Shown: positions 23,660 to 34,139, numbered from the stretch's first letter. The stretch: 35,081 bases of DNA from Eubacteriales bacterium (GCA_045632545.1 JAZQWY010000121.1:1-35081); one strand, 5' to 3'. The notes: generated from the sequence alone by a model not told the origin. A program made the numbers and translations.

Positions 23660-24562
23660 ATGAGAGCCCTAGAAACAAAAGCAAAATTCAATCTTATCTC
23701 TGCTATGTTCATATTCGGAACTATCGGAATATTCAGAAGATTTCTTCCCTACTCCTCAAGCATCGTAGCCTTCTTCAGAGGAATTATCGGAGTTCTGTTT
23801 CTTGCCGCGGTGATACTATGCCGACGGCAAAAGCTCAATATCGAAGCTATCAAGAAAAATCTTGCTCTGCTATGTATCTCGGGCGCGTGCTTGGGCATAA
23901 ATTGGATACTTATCTTTGAAGCCTACCGATACACCACCGTTGCCACGGCCACGCTTTGCTATAATATGACACCCGTCCTTGTAATTATCGCCTCGCCCTT
24001 TATATTAAAGGAAAAGCTGACGCTCAAAAAAGCGATATGTGCGCTCGTTGCTATAATTGGAATAGTCGTAATATCGGGCATATTCACCGACGGCGGAGCA
24101 AATCTGCGTGGCGTACTGTTTGGACTCAGCGCGGCGGTATTTTATGCCTCGCTCGTAATATTAAACAAGTTTATCAAGGGCGTTTCGGACTTTGAAAAAA
24201 CTATCATTCAGCTTGGTATGGCGGCGATAGCTATACTTCCGTATATGCTTCTTACAGAGGATATGGGCGCGATATCTTTTGAACTATCCTCTGTTGCTCT
24301 GCTTCTGTTCGTGGGCATTCTTCACACAGGGGTAGCATACACTCTGTATTTTGGAAGCATAGGGCGAATAAGCGCGCAGAGCGCGGCGATATGCAGTTAT
24401 ATCGACCCTGTTGTTGCTCTTGTACTGTCAGCTCTCATTCTTAAAGAGGACTTCGGTCTGATGCAGCTTGCAGGCAGTGTTTTGATACTTGGCGCGGCTC
24501 TTGTAAGTGAGCTGCCGTCACTAAAAAGAAAAAAAACTGATAATATTGAAAAAAACTCTTGA
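23660..24562 (+). CDS. EamA/DMT family transporter
   Basis: The 300-aa protein has about 10 TM helices in two repeated halves. The ATG at 23660 has GGAGA upstream. Confidence 0.75.
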   Translation: MRALETKAKFNLISAMFIFGTIGIFRRFLPYSSSIVAFFRGIIGVLFLAAVILCRRQKLNIEAIKKNLALLCISGACLGINWILIFEAYRYTTVATATLCYNMTPVLVIIASPFILKEKLTLKKAICALVAIIGIVVISGIFTDGGANLRGVLFGLSAAVFYASLVILNKFIKGVSDFEKTIIQLGMAAIAILPYMLLTEDMGAISFELSSVALLLFVGILHTGVAYTLYFGSIGRISAQSAAICSYIDPVVALVLSALILKEDFGLMQLAGSVLILGAALVSELPSLKRKKTDNIEKNS

Positions 24563-24587
24563 CAAAAATAAATATACGTGATATACT
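24559..24587 (+). promoter_or_regulatory. Putative promoter of ylxM-ffh
   Basis: TTGACA (24559-24564), a 17-nt spacer, then TATACT (24582-24587). Confidence 0.6.
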
Positions 24588-24629
24588 TGTAAAGTATTTT
24601 GCTTTACAGTTATAAAAGGCGGCCAAGAT

Positions 24630-24965
24630 ATGTTTGAAAAAAACCTTCAAATCGGATATTTGCTTGACTTTTACGGTGATATCCTGCCCGAGCGCAAACG
24701 TTCGGTGATGGATATGTACTACAACGAGGACCTCTCTCTGGCTGAGATAGCCGCTGAGATAGGTATTTCCCGCCAAGGTGTTCGTGATATAATAAAGAAA
24801 TCCGAGGACGAGCTCAATTTTTACGAGGAAAAGCTTGGTCTCGCTCAGAAGCTCCGCCGAGCTGAGGAGAGCGTCAACAAAGTGTCCGAACTAGCTTCTC
24901 ATCTTGACCTCCCCGACGAATTTTTGAAAGAGCTTGATGCTCTTACGGAAATAATCGCAGAATAA
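24630..24965 (+). CDS. ylxM: YlxM (UPF0122) putative DNA-binding protein
   Basis: LLDFYGDILPERKRSVMDMYYNEDLSLAEIAAEIGISRQGVRDIIKK is the canonical YlxM HTH. The gene sits immediately upstream of ffh. Confidence 0.9.
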   Translation: MFEKNLQIGYLLDFYGDILPERKRSVMDMYYNEDLSLAEIAAEIGISRQGVRDIIKKSEDELNFYEEKLGLAQKLRRAEESVNKVSELASHLDLPDEFLKELDALTEIIAE

Positions 24966-25003
24966 CAGTTTATACCGCATTTAACGAAAGGAAGGTATCG
25001 TTT

Positions 25004-26341
25004 ATGTTTCAAAGCCTGAGCGAAAAGCTCGAAAATGCCTTCAAGAAATTCAGAAATAAAGGTAAGCTTACCGAAACCGACGTAAAGGCAGGTATGCGTG
25101 AGATCAAGCTTGCGCTTCTGGAAGCCGACGTAAACTTCAAGGTCGTCCGCGATTTTATCAAGGTCGTATCCGAAAGAGCTGTGGGCTCTGAGGTGCTTGA
25201 ATCCCTGCTCCCCGCGCAACAGATAGTCAAGATAGTCAACGAGGAGCTGACCAACCTTATGGGCGGAACGCAATCCAAGCTCACGATATCATCTAAGCCG
25301 CCTACGGTGGTCATGATGGTGGGACTTCAAGGCGCGGGAAAGACCACCCACGCGGGAAAGCTTGCCGGACTTTACAAAAAGCAAGGCAAAAATCCCCTGC
25401 TCGTCGCCTGTGATATATATAGACCTGCCGCTGTCAAGCAGTTGCAGATAGTCGGTGAGAAGCTAAATATTCCCGTATTCACCATGGGCGACAAGACCTC
25501 CCCCGTTACTATCGCCGAGGAGGGCGTAAAATACGCTATCTCTAAGGGACACGATATGGTGTTTATTGATACCGCGGGACGGTTGCATATTGACGAGGAG
25601 CTTATGAACGAGCTCCGTATGATAAAGGAAAAGGTTACACCAACAGAGATACTACTGACGATAGACGCGATGATAGGTCAGGATGCCGTCAACGTTGCCG
25701 AGACATTCAACGAAATGCTTGACATCACGGGAGTGGTACTGACAAAGCTGGACGGTGATACGAGAGGCGGCGCGGCGCTGTCTGTCAAGCACGTCACTGG
25801 AAAGCCTATCAAGTTCGTGGGAACCGGAGAGAAGCTTGACACTATCGAGCCCTTCTACCCCGACAGAATGGCATCTAGAATACTCGGTATGGGAGACGTT
25901 CTTTCACTCATTGAAAAAGCCGAACAAGCCTACGACGAGAAGAAAGCTGTTGAGCTCGAAAAGAAGCTCCGTGAATCCACATTTACTCTTGACGATTATC
26001 TTGAACAGTTTGCTCAGCTCAAAAATATGGGCAATCTTGACCAGATAATGGGCATGATGCCGGGTATGAACGCGGGAGCGCTCAAGGACGCAAAGATAGA
26101 CGAAAAGGCTATAGCGCGTACTGAGGCTATCATAAAATCTATGACTAAGCGTGAGCGCGAGAAGCCCGATATCCTCAACGCGTCAAGAAAGAAAAGAATT
26201 GCCGCGGGAAGCGGAACTACCGTTGAGGAGGTCAATAAGCTACTTCGCCAGTTTGAACAGACCACACGCCTTATGAAGCAGCTCTCTAACCCCAAGGGAC
26301 TTGCCAAGTTCGGCAGAAACAAAATGAAAATCCCATTCTAA
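25004..26341 (+). CDS. ffh: Signal recognition particle protein Ffh
   Basis: The GTPase motifs are GLQGAGKTT, DTAGRL and TKLDGD. The M domain is Met-rich (MGMMPGMN). Confidence 0.97.
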   Translation: MFQSLSEKLENAFKKFRNKGKLTETDVKAGMREIKLALLEADVNFKVVRDFIKVVSERAVGSEVLESLLPAQQIVKIVNEELTNLMGGTQSKLTISSKPPTVVMMVGLQGAGKTTHAGKLAGLYKKQGKNPLLVACDIYRPAAVKQLQIVGEKLNIPVFTMGDKTSPVTIAEEGVKYAISKGHDMVFIDTAGRLHIDEELMNELRMIKEKVTPTEILLTIDAMIGQDAVNVAETFNEMLDITGVVLTKLDGDTRGGAALSVKHVTGKPIKFVGTGEKLDTIEPFYPDRMASRILGMGDVLSLIEKAEQAYDEKKAVELEKKLRESTFTLDDYLEQFAQLKNMGNLDQIMGMMPGMNAGALKDAKIDEKAIARTEAIIKSMTKREREKPDILNASRKKRIAAGSGTTVEEVNKLLRQFEQTTRLMKQLSNPKGLAKFGRNKMKIPF

Positions 26342-26392
26342 ACAATGGATTTTATATAATTATTTTATCATATTTTTTGGAGGAATAAAAAA

Positions 26393-26638
26393 ATGTCAGT
26401 TAAAATCAGACTCAGAAGAACAGGAGCAAAGAAAGCTCCCACATACCGCGTTATCGTAGCAGACAGCCGTTCTCCCAGAGACGGTCGTTTCATCGAGGAG
26501 ATTGGACACTACAATCCCCGCACAGAGCCCGTTGAGATAGTTATCAACGAGGAAAAGGCTAAGGTTTGGCTCAAGAACGGCGCTCAGCCCACGGAAACTG
26601 TTAAGGCTCTGCTGAAGAAATCCGGCATTATCGACTAA
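26393..26638 (+). CDS. rpsP: 30S ribosomal protein S16
   Basis: [42 protein letters not shown] is canonical S16. Confidence 0.97.
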   Translation: MSVKIRLRRTGAKKAPTYRVIVADSRSPRDGRFIEEIGHYNPRTEPVEIVINEEKAKVWLKNGAQPTETVKALLKKSGIID

Positions 26639-26654
26639 TCTCAGGTGACCTGAT

Positions 26655-26891
26655 ATGACAGATTTGAAAGAAACTTTATACGGCATTGCCCGTGCTATCG
26701 TAGACAATCCCGATGAAGTTTCCATTGTCGAAAACGAGAACGGTAAAGAGGTTAAACTTATCCTCAGCGTTGCGGAAAGCGATATGGGAAGGGTTATCGG
26801 CAAAAACGGAAAAAATGCTAAGGCTATCAGAACCGTTATGAAGGCTGTTGCCGCATCCGATGGAAAACGCGTGATCGTTGACATCAGATAA
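26655..26891 (+). CDS. KH domain RNA-binding protein (YlqC/UPF0109)
   Basis: The 78-aa protein has the GxxG loop VIGKNGKNAKAIRTV and sits in the conserved position after rpsP. Confidence 0.9.
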   Translation: MTDLKETLYGIARAIVDNPDEVSIVENENGKEVKLILSVAESDMGRVIGKNGKNAKAIRTVMKAVAASDGKRVIVDIR

Positions 26892-26919
26892 GGGTTCGTA
26901 AAATCAAACCACAGAAAAT

Positions 26920-26976
26920 GGGAACCGCTTTGTGCGTACTTGTACGGTATTCGTTAGCACATTCGGTTCCCTTTTC
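26920..26976 (+). terminator. Rho-independent terminator after the KH gene
   Basis: GGGAACCG ... CGGTTCCC with an internally paired long loop, followed by TTTT. Confidence 0.65.
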
Positions 26977-26992
26977 TTTAATTCGAGGTATT

Positions 26993-27466
26993 ATGAATAA
27001 AAATTCAAAAAAAGAGCTTTTTAATTCCCTGTCAGAGTGCGCGGACGAGCTGCTACAAGAGATAAAAGCTTATACTTCGTCTTTTGACAAAGCTTCTCTG
27101 CTTAAAATGAAGATTGATGAAGCTGAAATGAAATCTGCCCACGCAAGCTATAGGACGCTTACCTCAAAAATAATACGGATAAAGAACAGAATGGACTGTC
27201 TTACGTCGGATATATCAAATATGCTATGCAGAGCCGATATGGAAATGGATACCGAGATGGCCGCCCACCTTATAGACATTTTTGATAATTATCTTGAATG
27301 GTCGGGCGCTGTATCATCGTTTATCCAACGCTCGGACAGGCTTTTTACAAAAAACAATCCCGACTTCAGGTTGTCCACGGCTATATCCTACGCAACGGCA
27401 TTTCTGAACGCTACCGAAAAACTGAAAGGAGTTTTGTCAAATGAAAAGTTATATTCTGGCGCTTGA
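26993..27466 (+). CDS. Hypothetical all-helical protein (157 aa)
   Basis: The ATG at 26993 follows GAGGT, but the spacer is only 3 nt. I recognise no motif. The 3' end overlaps the glpK start by 26 nt. The longer ORF from 26918 would begin inside the terminator hairpin. Confidence 0.5.
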   Translation: MNKNSKKELFNSLSECADELLQEIKAYTSSFDKASLLKMKIDEAEMKSAHASYRTLTSKIIRIKNRMDCLTSDISNMLCRADMEMDTEMAAHLIDIFDNYLEWSGAVSSFIQRSDRLFTKNNPDFRLSTAISYATAFLNATEKLKGVLSNEKLYSGA

Positions 27467-28931
27467 CCAAGGTACGACCAGCTCACGATGTATCATATTT
27501 GACCGAGAGAACAGAATTGTATCTGTATCTCAAAAGGAATTCCCTCAGATATTCCCTCGAGACGGTTGGGTGGAGCACAATCCCGACGACATATATTTTT
27601 CTCAGGTGGGCGTTGCCAAGGAGGCTATGGAAAAAGCCAATATCTCGCCCTCACAGATAGCAGCTATCGGTATCACAAACCAGCGAGAGACGGTAATCGT
27701 GTGGGATAAAACCACGGGAAAGCCCATATATAACGCTATCGTGTGGCAATGCAGAAGAACTGCCGAGCTTTGCGAGGAGCTGAGGCACAGCGGTGTCGAA
27801 GATACGATACGCAAAAAGACGGGGCTCGTGATTGATTCCTATTTCTCCGCCACAAAGATAAAGTGGATACTCGATAACGTGGCAGGAGCGAGAGAAAAGG
27901 CTGACAAAGGCGAGCTTATGTTCGGCACGGTGGATAGCTGGCTGATATACAATCTCAGCGGAGGTAAGGTACACGCAACCGACGTCTCAAACGCGTCAAG
28001 AACGATGCTCTTCAACATAAATACTCTTGATTGGGACGACGAGCTTCTGGAGCTTTTCACAGTTTCACATTCTATGCTACCCGAGGTAAAGCCGTCAAGC
28101 GAAATATTCGCCGATACAGATTCCTCAATATTCGGCGTTCCGATACCGATATCGGGCGTTGCGGGAGACCAGCAGGCGGCGCTGTTCGGCCAGTGCTGTT
28201 ACGACAAGGGAGATGTAAAAAACACATACGGAACAGGCGGATTTATGCTTATGAATACGGGTAACGCCCCTGTGTTCTCGGACAACGGACTTATCACGAC
28301 GGTAGGATGGATACTTAACGGAGCTGCTACTTACGTTCTTGAAGGCTCAGTGTTCATATGCGGCGCGGCTGTTCAGTGGCTGAGAGACGGTGTTGGGCTG
28401 ATAAGCAACTCCTATGAGACAGAGGCTCTCTCCATCTCAGTCCCCGACACGGCAGGGGTATATTTCGTCCCCGCCTTCGTAGGATTTGGCGCGCCCTATT
28501 GGGACCCATACGCAAGAGGCGCTATCTTCGGAATAACCAGAGCCACGCGCCGTGAGCATATCGTCAGGGCAGCTATAGAATCAATGGCATTCCAGACGTA
28601 TGACGTGCTTAAGCTTATGGAGAAAGAGACGGGCGGAGAGATAAATTCACTTAGAGTTGACGGAGGAGCTTCGGCTAATAACTTTCTGCTTAGCTTTCAA
28701 TCCGACATATTATCGAAGCCTATCATCCGTCCCGAGTGCATAGAAACGACCGCGCTTGGAGCCGCAGCTTTCGCTGGTCTTGCAGTCGGATTCTACTCCT
28801 CTACCGAGGATATAAAAAATAGACTGCAAATAAATCGCACCTTTGAGCCAACCATAGCTCAAGCGGAGCGAGAGGCTAAATTAGACAGATGGCACAAAGC
28901 CGTAAGCTGTTCGCTCGATTGGATACCGTAA
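27441..28931 (+). CDS. glpK: Glycerol kinase
   Basis: [23 protein letters not shown] and the FGGY-family C-terminus. AAAGGAG lies upstream of the ATG. Confidence 0.97.
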   Translation: MKSYILALDQGTTSSRCIIFDRENRIVSVSQKEFPQIFPRDGWVEHNPDDIYFSQVGVAKEAMEKANISPSQIAAIGITNQRETVIVWDKTTGKPIYNAIVWQCRRTAELCEELRHSGVEDTIRKKTGLVIDSYFSATKIKWILDNVAGAREKADKGELMFGTVDSWLIYNLSGGKVHATDVSNASRTMLFNINTLDWDDELLELFTVSHSMLPEVKPSSEIFADTDSSIFGVPIPISGVAGDQQAALFGQCCYDKGDVKNTYGTGGFMLMNTGNAPVFSDNGLITTVGWILNGAATYVLEGSVFICGAAVQWLRDGVGLISNSYETEALSISVPDTAGVYFVPAFVGFGAPYWDPYARGAIFGITRATRREHIVRAAIESMAFQTYDVLKLMEKETGGEINSLRVDGGASANNFLLSFQSDILSKPIIRPECIETTALGAAAFAGLAVGFYSSTEDIKNRLQINRTFEPTIAQAEREAKLDRWHKAVSCSLDWIP

Positions 28932-29026
28932 ATTCAGTAAAACAAACTGAAATTTTCAGCGCCTTTCATATTTTATAAAAAAAGGCGCAAAATATTTCTT
29001 AATAAAACTATCAGGAGGAATATATT

Positions 29027-29989
29027 TTGATAAATATAAGAAAATGCGCGGTCATAGGTTGCGGCTTTGTTGGCGCGACCGCCGCTTTCTCATTGGCGCA
29101 AAGCAGTATGTTCTCGGAAATGGTCCTCATAGACCTTGACCGCAAGAAGGCTGAGGGAGAGGCAGCTGATATCAGCCAGGCGCTCCCCCTTATATCGCCT
29201 ATGGATATCTACGCTGGAGACTATTGTGACCTTGCTGACGCAAATATCATAATAATCACCGCGGGCGCTGCTCAGCTCCCCGGTCAGACACGCACTGACC
29301 TTGTTGAGAGCAACGCGAAGATATTTAAGTCTATAGTCAGCAGCATAGCAAAGTATAACACCGAGGGTATAATCCTTGTAGTAACAAACCCCGTGGACGT
29401 TCTTACCTACGTCACGCTTAAAATATCCGACTTTCCGCCCGAGCGTGTAATAGGCTCTGGAACTGTGCTTGACACGGCAAGACTTAAGTACCTCGTGGGA
29501 CGTCATCTTGACGTAGACCCAAGAAACGTGCATACCTTCATTATCGGTGAGCACGGCGACAGCGAGCTTCCGGTTTGGTCGAGCGCAAACGTATCGGGTG
29601 TCGACCTCAACAAATTCTGCGAGACTTGCCACACGCACTGTAGTATGACTTCCCTTCAAAAGCTGTTTGACGACGTGAAAATGAGCGCGTATAAGATAAT
29701 AGAGGCTAAGGGAGCGACCTACTATGCTATCGCGGAATCTATACGCAGGATAGTATCGGCAATCATGCGTGACGAAAACACCATACTCCCTCTATCAACC
29801 CTCGCCTCGGGACATTACGGACTTGACGATGTGTGTCTCGGACTTCCCTGTATCATTGGAGCGAACGGAATAAAGCAGGTGCTTGAGATACCACTTGACG
29901 ATAACGAATTGTCTCTACTCGTAAAATCTGCCAACAAGCTGAAAAATCTGGCTCATTCGCTCGACATATTCTCTTCTCAGAAAAAATAG
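29027..29989 (+). CDS. ldh: L-lactate dehydrogenase
   Basis: The NAD fold is VIGCGFVGAT. It also has ITAGAAQ.PGQTR, VTNPVD and the catalytic IGEHGDS. The start is a TTG 8 nt after AGGAGG. Confidence 0.92.
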   Translation: MINIRKCAVIGCGFVGATAAFSLAQSSMFSEMVLIDLDRKKAEGEAADISQALPLISPMDIYAGDYCDLADANIIIITAGAAQLPGQTRTDLVESNAKIFKSIVSSIAKYNTEGIILVVTNPVDVLTYVTLKISDFPPERVIGSGTVLDTARLKYLVGRHLDVDPRNVHTFIIGEHGDSELPVWSSANVSGVDLNKFCETCHTHCSMTSLQKLFDDVKMSAYKIIEAKGATYYAIAESIRRIVSAIMRDENTILPLSTLASGHYGLDDVCLGLPCIIGANGIKQVLEIPLDDNELSLLVKSANKLKNLAHSLDIFSSQKK

Positions 29990-30018
29990 TTGACCTAAGA
30001 AACCGACTGTGATATAAT
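29990..30018 (+). promoter_or_regulatory. Putative promoter of mgtE
   Basis: TTGACC (29990-29995), a 17-nt spacer, then TATAAT (30013-30018). Confidence 0.55.
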
Positions 30019-30051
30019 GCTATTGAAATCTTATACACGGAGGTGATAAAT

Positions 30052-31389
30052 ATGACGTTTGAGGAGCTTTCCCGTCTTCTTGAGGAAAACAGGCTGGTTG
30101 ACTTTATGAGGGCGCTTGACCAGATAAATGCCATAGACGCGGCTGAATATCTGGAATATGTGGAACCCGAAATACTGCCCAAGGTATTCCGTATGTTGAA
30201 AAAGAATACTGCTGCGGAAATATTTGCCGAGCTTGACTCATCATTACAGGAAACTATTATCACCTCTATCACCGACGCGGAGATATCAAAGCTGGTCGAG
30301 GAGCTTTTTATCGACGACACAGTAGATATGCTGGAGGAGCTTCCCGCAAACGTGGTGAGCAGAATACTCCGTGTTGCTTCCCCTCATACCCGAAAGGAGA
30401 TAAACAAATTTCTGAAATATCCGCCCGACAGCACGGGCAGCGTTATGACCTCGGAATTTATAAGCGTACTTTCAGATATGACGGTCAGCGAGGCGATAGA
30501 GCGAGTTCAGAAAACAGGCAGCGATAAGGAAACTATATACGTCATCTACGTGACTGACAAGTATCGTGTACTCAAGGGTTTTATCGAGCTGAGAGACCTT
30601 ATATTCTCTCCTCAGACCGAGCTTATTGAGAACGTAATGGCTGGCTCTGTCATATCAGCGCGTACCCTTGACGACCGAGAGATAGCAGCATCGCTTATTT
30701 CTAAATACGACCTTCTCGCGCTTCCCGTGGTTGATACCGAGGATAGGCTAGTGGGAATAGTTACCGTCGACGACGCTATGGACGTCATTGAGGAAGCGGC
30801 AACCGAAGATATCGAAATAATGGCTGCTATCTCCCCTAACGACAAGCCGTATCTGAAAACAGGCGTGTTTGAGACCTGGAAAAATAGGATACCTTGGCTA
30901 ATGCTACTGCTGATATCCTCTGCCTTTACGGGAAGCATAATAACCCACTACGAGCAAGCCCTCGGCTCTATGGTCATTCTTACGGCGTTTATACCTATGC
31001 TTATGGGCACTGGAGGAAACGCGGGCGGTCAGGCGTCAGCCACCATAATCCGCGGACTTTCTCTCGGCGAGATAAGAATGGGAAACATTCTGCGGATAAT
31101 CTGGAAGGAATTCAGAATATCTCTGCTGTGCGGAGCAAGTCTTTCGTTACTCATATTCGCTAAGGCTATGCTTATAGACAGGACATCGCCCTCGGTGGCG
31201 CTCGTTGTGGCTGTCTCGCTGCTTTTGACCGTCGTTCTGGCAAAATTTGTGGGCTGTACTCTGCCTATACTCGCAAAGCGAGTGGGATTCGACCCAGCCG
31301 TTATGGCAAGTCCTTTCATAACCACTATCGTGGATGCGGTCTCCTTGCTTATATATTTTCAAATAGCGTCCTATGCGCTTGGACTTTAG
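30052..31389 (+). CDS. mgtE: Magnesium transporter MgtE
   Basis: It has an N-domain, a CBS pair (VLKGFIELRDL and LVGIVTVDDAMDVIEEA) and a TM domain with GTGGNAGGQ. The ATG at 30052 follows GGAGGTG. Confidence 0.93.
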   Translation: MTFEELSRLLEENRLVDFMRALDQINAIDAAEYLEYVEPEILPKVFRMLKKNTAAEIFAELDSSLQETIITSITDAEISKLVEELFIDDTVDMLEELPANVVSRILRVASPHTRKEINKFLKYPPDSTGSVMTSEFISVLSDMTVSEAIERVQKTGSDKETIYVIYVTDKYRVLKGFIELRDLIFSPQTELIENVMAGSVISARTLDDREIAASLISKYDLLALPVVDTEDRLVGIVTVDDAMDVIEEAATEDIEIMAAISPNDKPYLKTGVFETWKNRIPWLMLLLISSAFTGSIITHYEQALGSMVILTAFIPMLMGTGGNAGGQASATIIRGLSLGEIRMGNILRIIWKEFRISLLCGASLSLLIFAKAMLIDRTSPSVALVVAVSLLLTVVLAKFVGCTLPILAKRVGFDPAVMASPFITTIVDAVSLLIYFQIASYALGL

Positions 31390-31395
31390 AGTTTC

Positions 31396-31432
31396 TCGGG
31401 AGGAAAGACTTTTCCTCCCGAAATTTCTTTTT
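31396..31432 (+). terminator. Rho-independent terminator after mgtE
   Basis: TCGGGAGGAAA-gact-TTTCCTCCCGA followed by a T-rich tract. Confidence 0.8.
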
Positions 31433-31501
31433 ACCTATTGAAATAAGAGGTGAAATATGATATAATTCTTAAGTTATCATTTGATATCGGAGGTAATTAA
31501 A

Positions 31502-32074
31502 ATGGTGGATTCTTGGGATAAATTATATGAGGATTGTATCTCTTGCACCGCTTGTGAGTTGTCTCAAACGAGGACAAACTGCGTTTTCGGAGTTGGAAAC
31601 CGTTCGGCGGACATTATGTTCATAGGAGAAGCCCCAGGTGAGAACGAGGATAAAACGGGAGTTCCATTTGTGGGACGCGCAGGTCAGCTTCTTGACAAAT
31701 ATCTATACGCAGTCGATATCCCAAGGGAGCGCATATACATAGCGAATATTCTCAAGTGCCGTCCTCCCAAAAACCGCGATCCGTTGCCCGCAGAGGAGGA
31801 ACTTTGCATTGATTTTCTCCGCCGTCAGGTACTGCTTATAAAGCCTAAAATTATCGTCTGCCTCGGCAGGATATCGGCTATGCGACTTATAAAGCCAGAT
31901 TTCAAAATAACCAAGGAACACGGAAATTGGTTTATGAAGGGCAACTATCTTATAACGGCGGTCTATCACCCCGCCCTTCTGCTTCGCGATCCCCGCAAAA
32001 AAGAGGATATGATGGAGGATATGAAGGCTATCAAGAATAAGCTCGACGAGCTTAATATAAAATTAGACAACTAA
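31502..32074 (+). CDS. udg: Uracil-DNA glycosylase, family 4
   Basis: CTACEL...[21 protein letters not shown]...[10 protein letters not shown]...HPALLLR, with Fe-S Cys ligands. The ATG at 31502 follows GGAGG. Confidence 0.88.
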   Translation: MVDSWDKLYEDCISCTACELSQTRTNCVFGVGNRSADIMFIGEAPGENEDKTGVPFVGRAGQLLDKYLYAVDIPRERIYIANILKCRPPKNRDPLPAEEELCIDFLRRQVLLIKPKIIVCLGRISAMRLIKPDFKITKEHGNWFMKGNYLITAVYHPALLLRDPRKKEDMMEDMKAIKNKLDELNIKLDN

Positions 32075-32087
32075 CGAGGCATAAATT

Positions 32088-33026
32088 ATGGATTTCACAG
32101 CACTTCTCAACACCATCGCCACTCTGTTCGTTTTGCTCGTGGCAGGTGTTATTGCAAGTAAATTGAATATTATAGACGAGGTGGCGTCAAAAAGACTGTC
32201 AAAGCTTATAATCTCTATTGGACAGCCGTTTCTTATTATTTCCTCGCTCCTCGGCATTGATTATTCTCCCGAGAACCTCCTTCTCGGCGCGAAGACCTTT
32301 GCTATAGGAATCGTGGTGCACGGTATTATGTCGCTAATAGCTTATTTTGCTTGTTTCCGATTTAAGGATTTTAATGAGCGAAAGCTATCAGAGTTCGCCA
32401 TGGTATTCGGCAACGTGGGATTCATCGGATTCCCTATCCTTGAATCGCTTTTCGGAGCTAAGGGGCTTTTTATGGGTGCTTTTTTCGTTGTCAGCTTCAA
32501 TATTGTCCTCTGGACTTGGGGTATTGCAATACTCGCGAGAAAAAGAAGCGACATAAAGCTGACCGTAAAGAAGATACTTTTCAATTACGGAACCGTGCCG
32601 AGCGTAATAGGTATAATACTTTACGTTCTTAACCTGAATATGCCTCAGTTCGTTTATTCAAGCGCGTCGTATCTCGCTTCCTTATGTACTCCTATATCCG
32701 TGCTTGTAACTGGCGCGTTGCTCGCAAGACGTTCCCTGTCACAGATATTTCTCTCACCTAAAATATATTATATATCGATTGTCAAGCTTATAGTTATTCC
32801 GCTTGTTATATGCGGTCTTGCCAAGCTTCTCGGATTTGATACCTATTGGATACTCTTTCTGACAGCGGTATCCGCTATGCCTTCCGCGGCTACGATATCT
32901 ATGCTATCCGAGCTTCACGATATCACACCGAGCTACGCCGCGCAGGCGGTGGGAACGACCTCGCTGTTATCTATCGCCACTATGCCCTGTATACTGTGGA
33001 TAGCCGAACGAATAGCTAATATTTGA
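32088..33026 (+). CDS. AEC (auxin efflux carrier) family transporter
   Basis: The 312-aa protein has about 10 TM helices and an N-terminus typical of the AEC/malate permease family (LLNTIATLFVLLVAGVIASKLNII). Confidence 0.75.
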   Translation: MDFTALLNTIATLFVLLVAGVIASKLNIIDEVASKRLSKLIISIGQPFLIISSLLGIDYSPENLLLGAKTFAIGIVVHGIMSLIAYFACFRFKDFNERKLSEFAMVFGNVGFIGFPILESLFGAKGLFMGAFFVVSFNIVLWTWGIAILARKRSDIKLTVKKILFNYGTVPSVIGIILYVLNLNMPQFVYSSASYLASLCTPISVLVTGALLARRSLSQIFLSPKIYYISIVKLIVIPLVICGLAKLLGFDTYWILFLTAVSAMPSAATISMLSELHDITPSYAAQAVGTTSLLSIATMPCILWIAERIANI

Positions 33027-33036
33027 ATATAAAAAT

Positions 33037-33070
33037 GAGCGTAAGCATATTGCTTACGCTCCAATTTTTA
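33037..33070. terminator. Bidirectional terminator between convergent genes
   Basis: GAGCGTAAGCA-tat-TGCTTACGCTC, flanked by A5 on the left and T5 on the right. Confidence 0.75.
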
Positions 33071-33073
33071 TTC

Positions 33074-34066
33074 TTACGCCCAGCTCATTGTAGAGGGCTT
33101 TTCCTCATAGATACAGATATCTTTAAGGAAGCTTACCGCTTTCTGTAAGCCTTCGTCTATCGTCATTAAGCTATCTTCGTGTTCTATAGAGAGAACGCGA
33201 TCATAGCCGCAAAGGCGGAGATTTGAAACGAGGTCTCTCCAATATGTCTCTCCATTTCCGTAACCTACGGTACGGAATACCCACGCGCGATTTATCTCGT
33301 CAGAATAATGCTTGGTATCAAGCACACCGTTCTTCGCCGTATTATACTTATCTATCTTCGTATCCTTAGCGTGAACGTGATAGATACAACCCGCAAGCTC
33401 CCTTATCGCCGCTACGGGATCCATTCCCTGCCAAATAAGATGAGACGGGTCGAAGTTAGCTCCGAGAACGCTTCCTACCTCTGCTCCTGCCCTCTCACTT
33501 ACCTTCGCGCGAAGCTTAAGCAAGGTTTCGGGATTATAAACGCAGAATCCGGGGTGCATCTCAAACGCGATATGCGTTACCTTGTGCTCAAGCGCGAACG
33601 CCGCCATTTCGCACCAATAAGGAACCAGCTTTTCCTCCCACTGCCAATCGAGTATCTTGAGAAAATCTTCGGGCCAGGGGCAGGTTACCCAGTTGGGGTA
33701 GAGTGAATTCTCGCTGTCTCCGGGACATCCCGAAAATCCGATAACTGTATCTACTCCCATTTTCTCCGCAAGCAATATTGCCTCGCGGAAGTCCTTATCG
33801 TATCCCTTAGCGGTATCTGCATCGGGATGCAACGGATTTCCGTGACAAGCAAGCGCGCAGACCTCGGTATTATATTTTTTGAACGTAGCAATAAACTCAT
33901 CGTACTTCTTTTCGTCAGAAATAAGCTCAGCGGGATTACAGTGTGCCTTACCAGGATATCCGCCCGCGCCTATCTCGACCGTATGTACTCCGAGCTCAGA
34001 AAGAATGGAGAGTGTCTCATCAAGACTCTTTGAACCGTAAAGATTTGCAAGAACTGAAAGCTTCAT
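33074..34066 (-). CDS. Sugar phosphate isomerase/epimerase (xylose isomerase-like TIM barrel)
   Basis: It has metal-ligand-like segments (IAFEMHPG, HVHAKD, LSIEHED). I prefer the ATG at 34066 because the ATG at 34105 coincides with the predicted transcription start. Confidence 0.75.
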   Translation of the reverse strand: MKLSVLANLYGSKSLDETLSILSELGVHTVEIGAGGYPGKAHCNPAELISDEKKYDEFIATFKKYNTEVCALACHGNPLHPDADTAKGYDKDFREAILLAEKMGVDTVIGFSGCPGDSENSLYPNWVTCPWPEDFLKILDWQWEEKLVPYWCEMAAFALEHKVTHIAFEMHPGFCVYNPETLLKLRAKVSERAGAEVGSVLGANFDPSHLIWQGMDPVAAIRELAGCIYHVHAKDTKIDKYNTAKNGVLDTKHYSDEINRAWVFRTVGYGNGETYWRDLVSNLRLCGYDRVLSIEHEDSLMTIDEGLQKAVSFLKDICIYEEKPSTMSWA

Positions 34067-34110
34067 ATAAATTTTTCCTTTCCAATTGAATATTTTTACT
34101 TTCACAGTAC

Positions 34111-34139
34111 ATTATAAATCTTTAAAAGCTTTATGTCAA
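34111..34139 (-). promoter_or_regulatory. Consensus promoter of the isomerase gene
   Basis: On the minus strand: TTGACA (34139-34134), a 17-nt spacer, then TATAAT (34116-34111). Confidence 0.6.

Noticed and set aside
26396-26884. A 162-aa ORF antisense to rpsP and the KH gene
   Set aside because: It is a shadow ORF opposite two highly conserved genes.
26918-26992. N-terminally extended starts given by the ORF track (for example 26918, 3307, 4134, 11408, 13860, 14942, 18579, 22238, 23612, 34105)
   Set aside because: In each case the extension lacks an RBS. Each also lies inside a terminator, a promoter or the upstream gene. An internal ATG with a good Shine-Dalgarno and a sensible N-terminus exists in every case.
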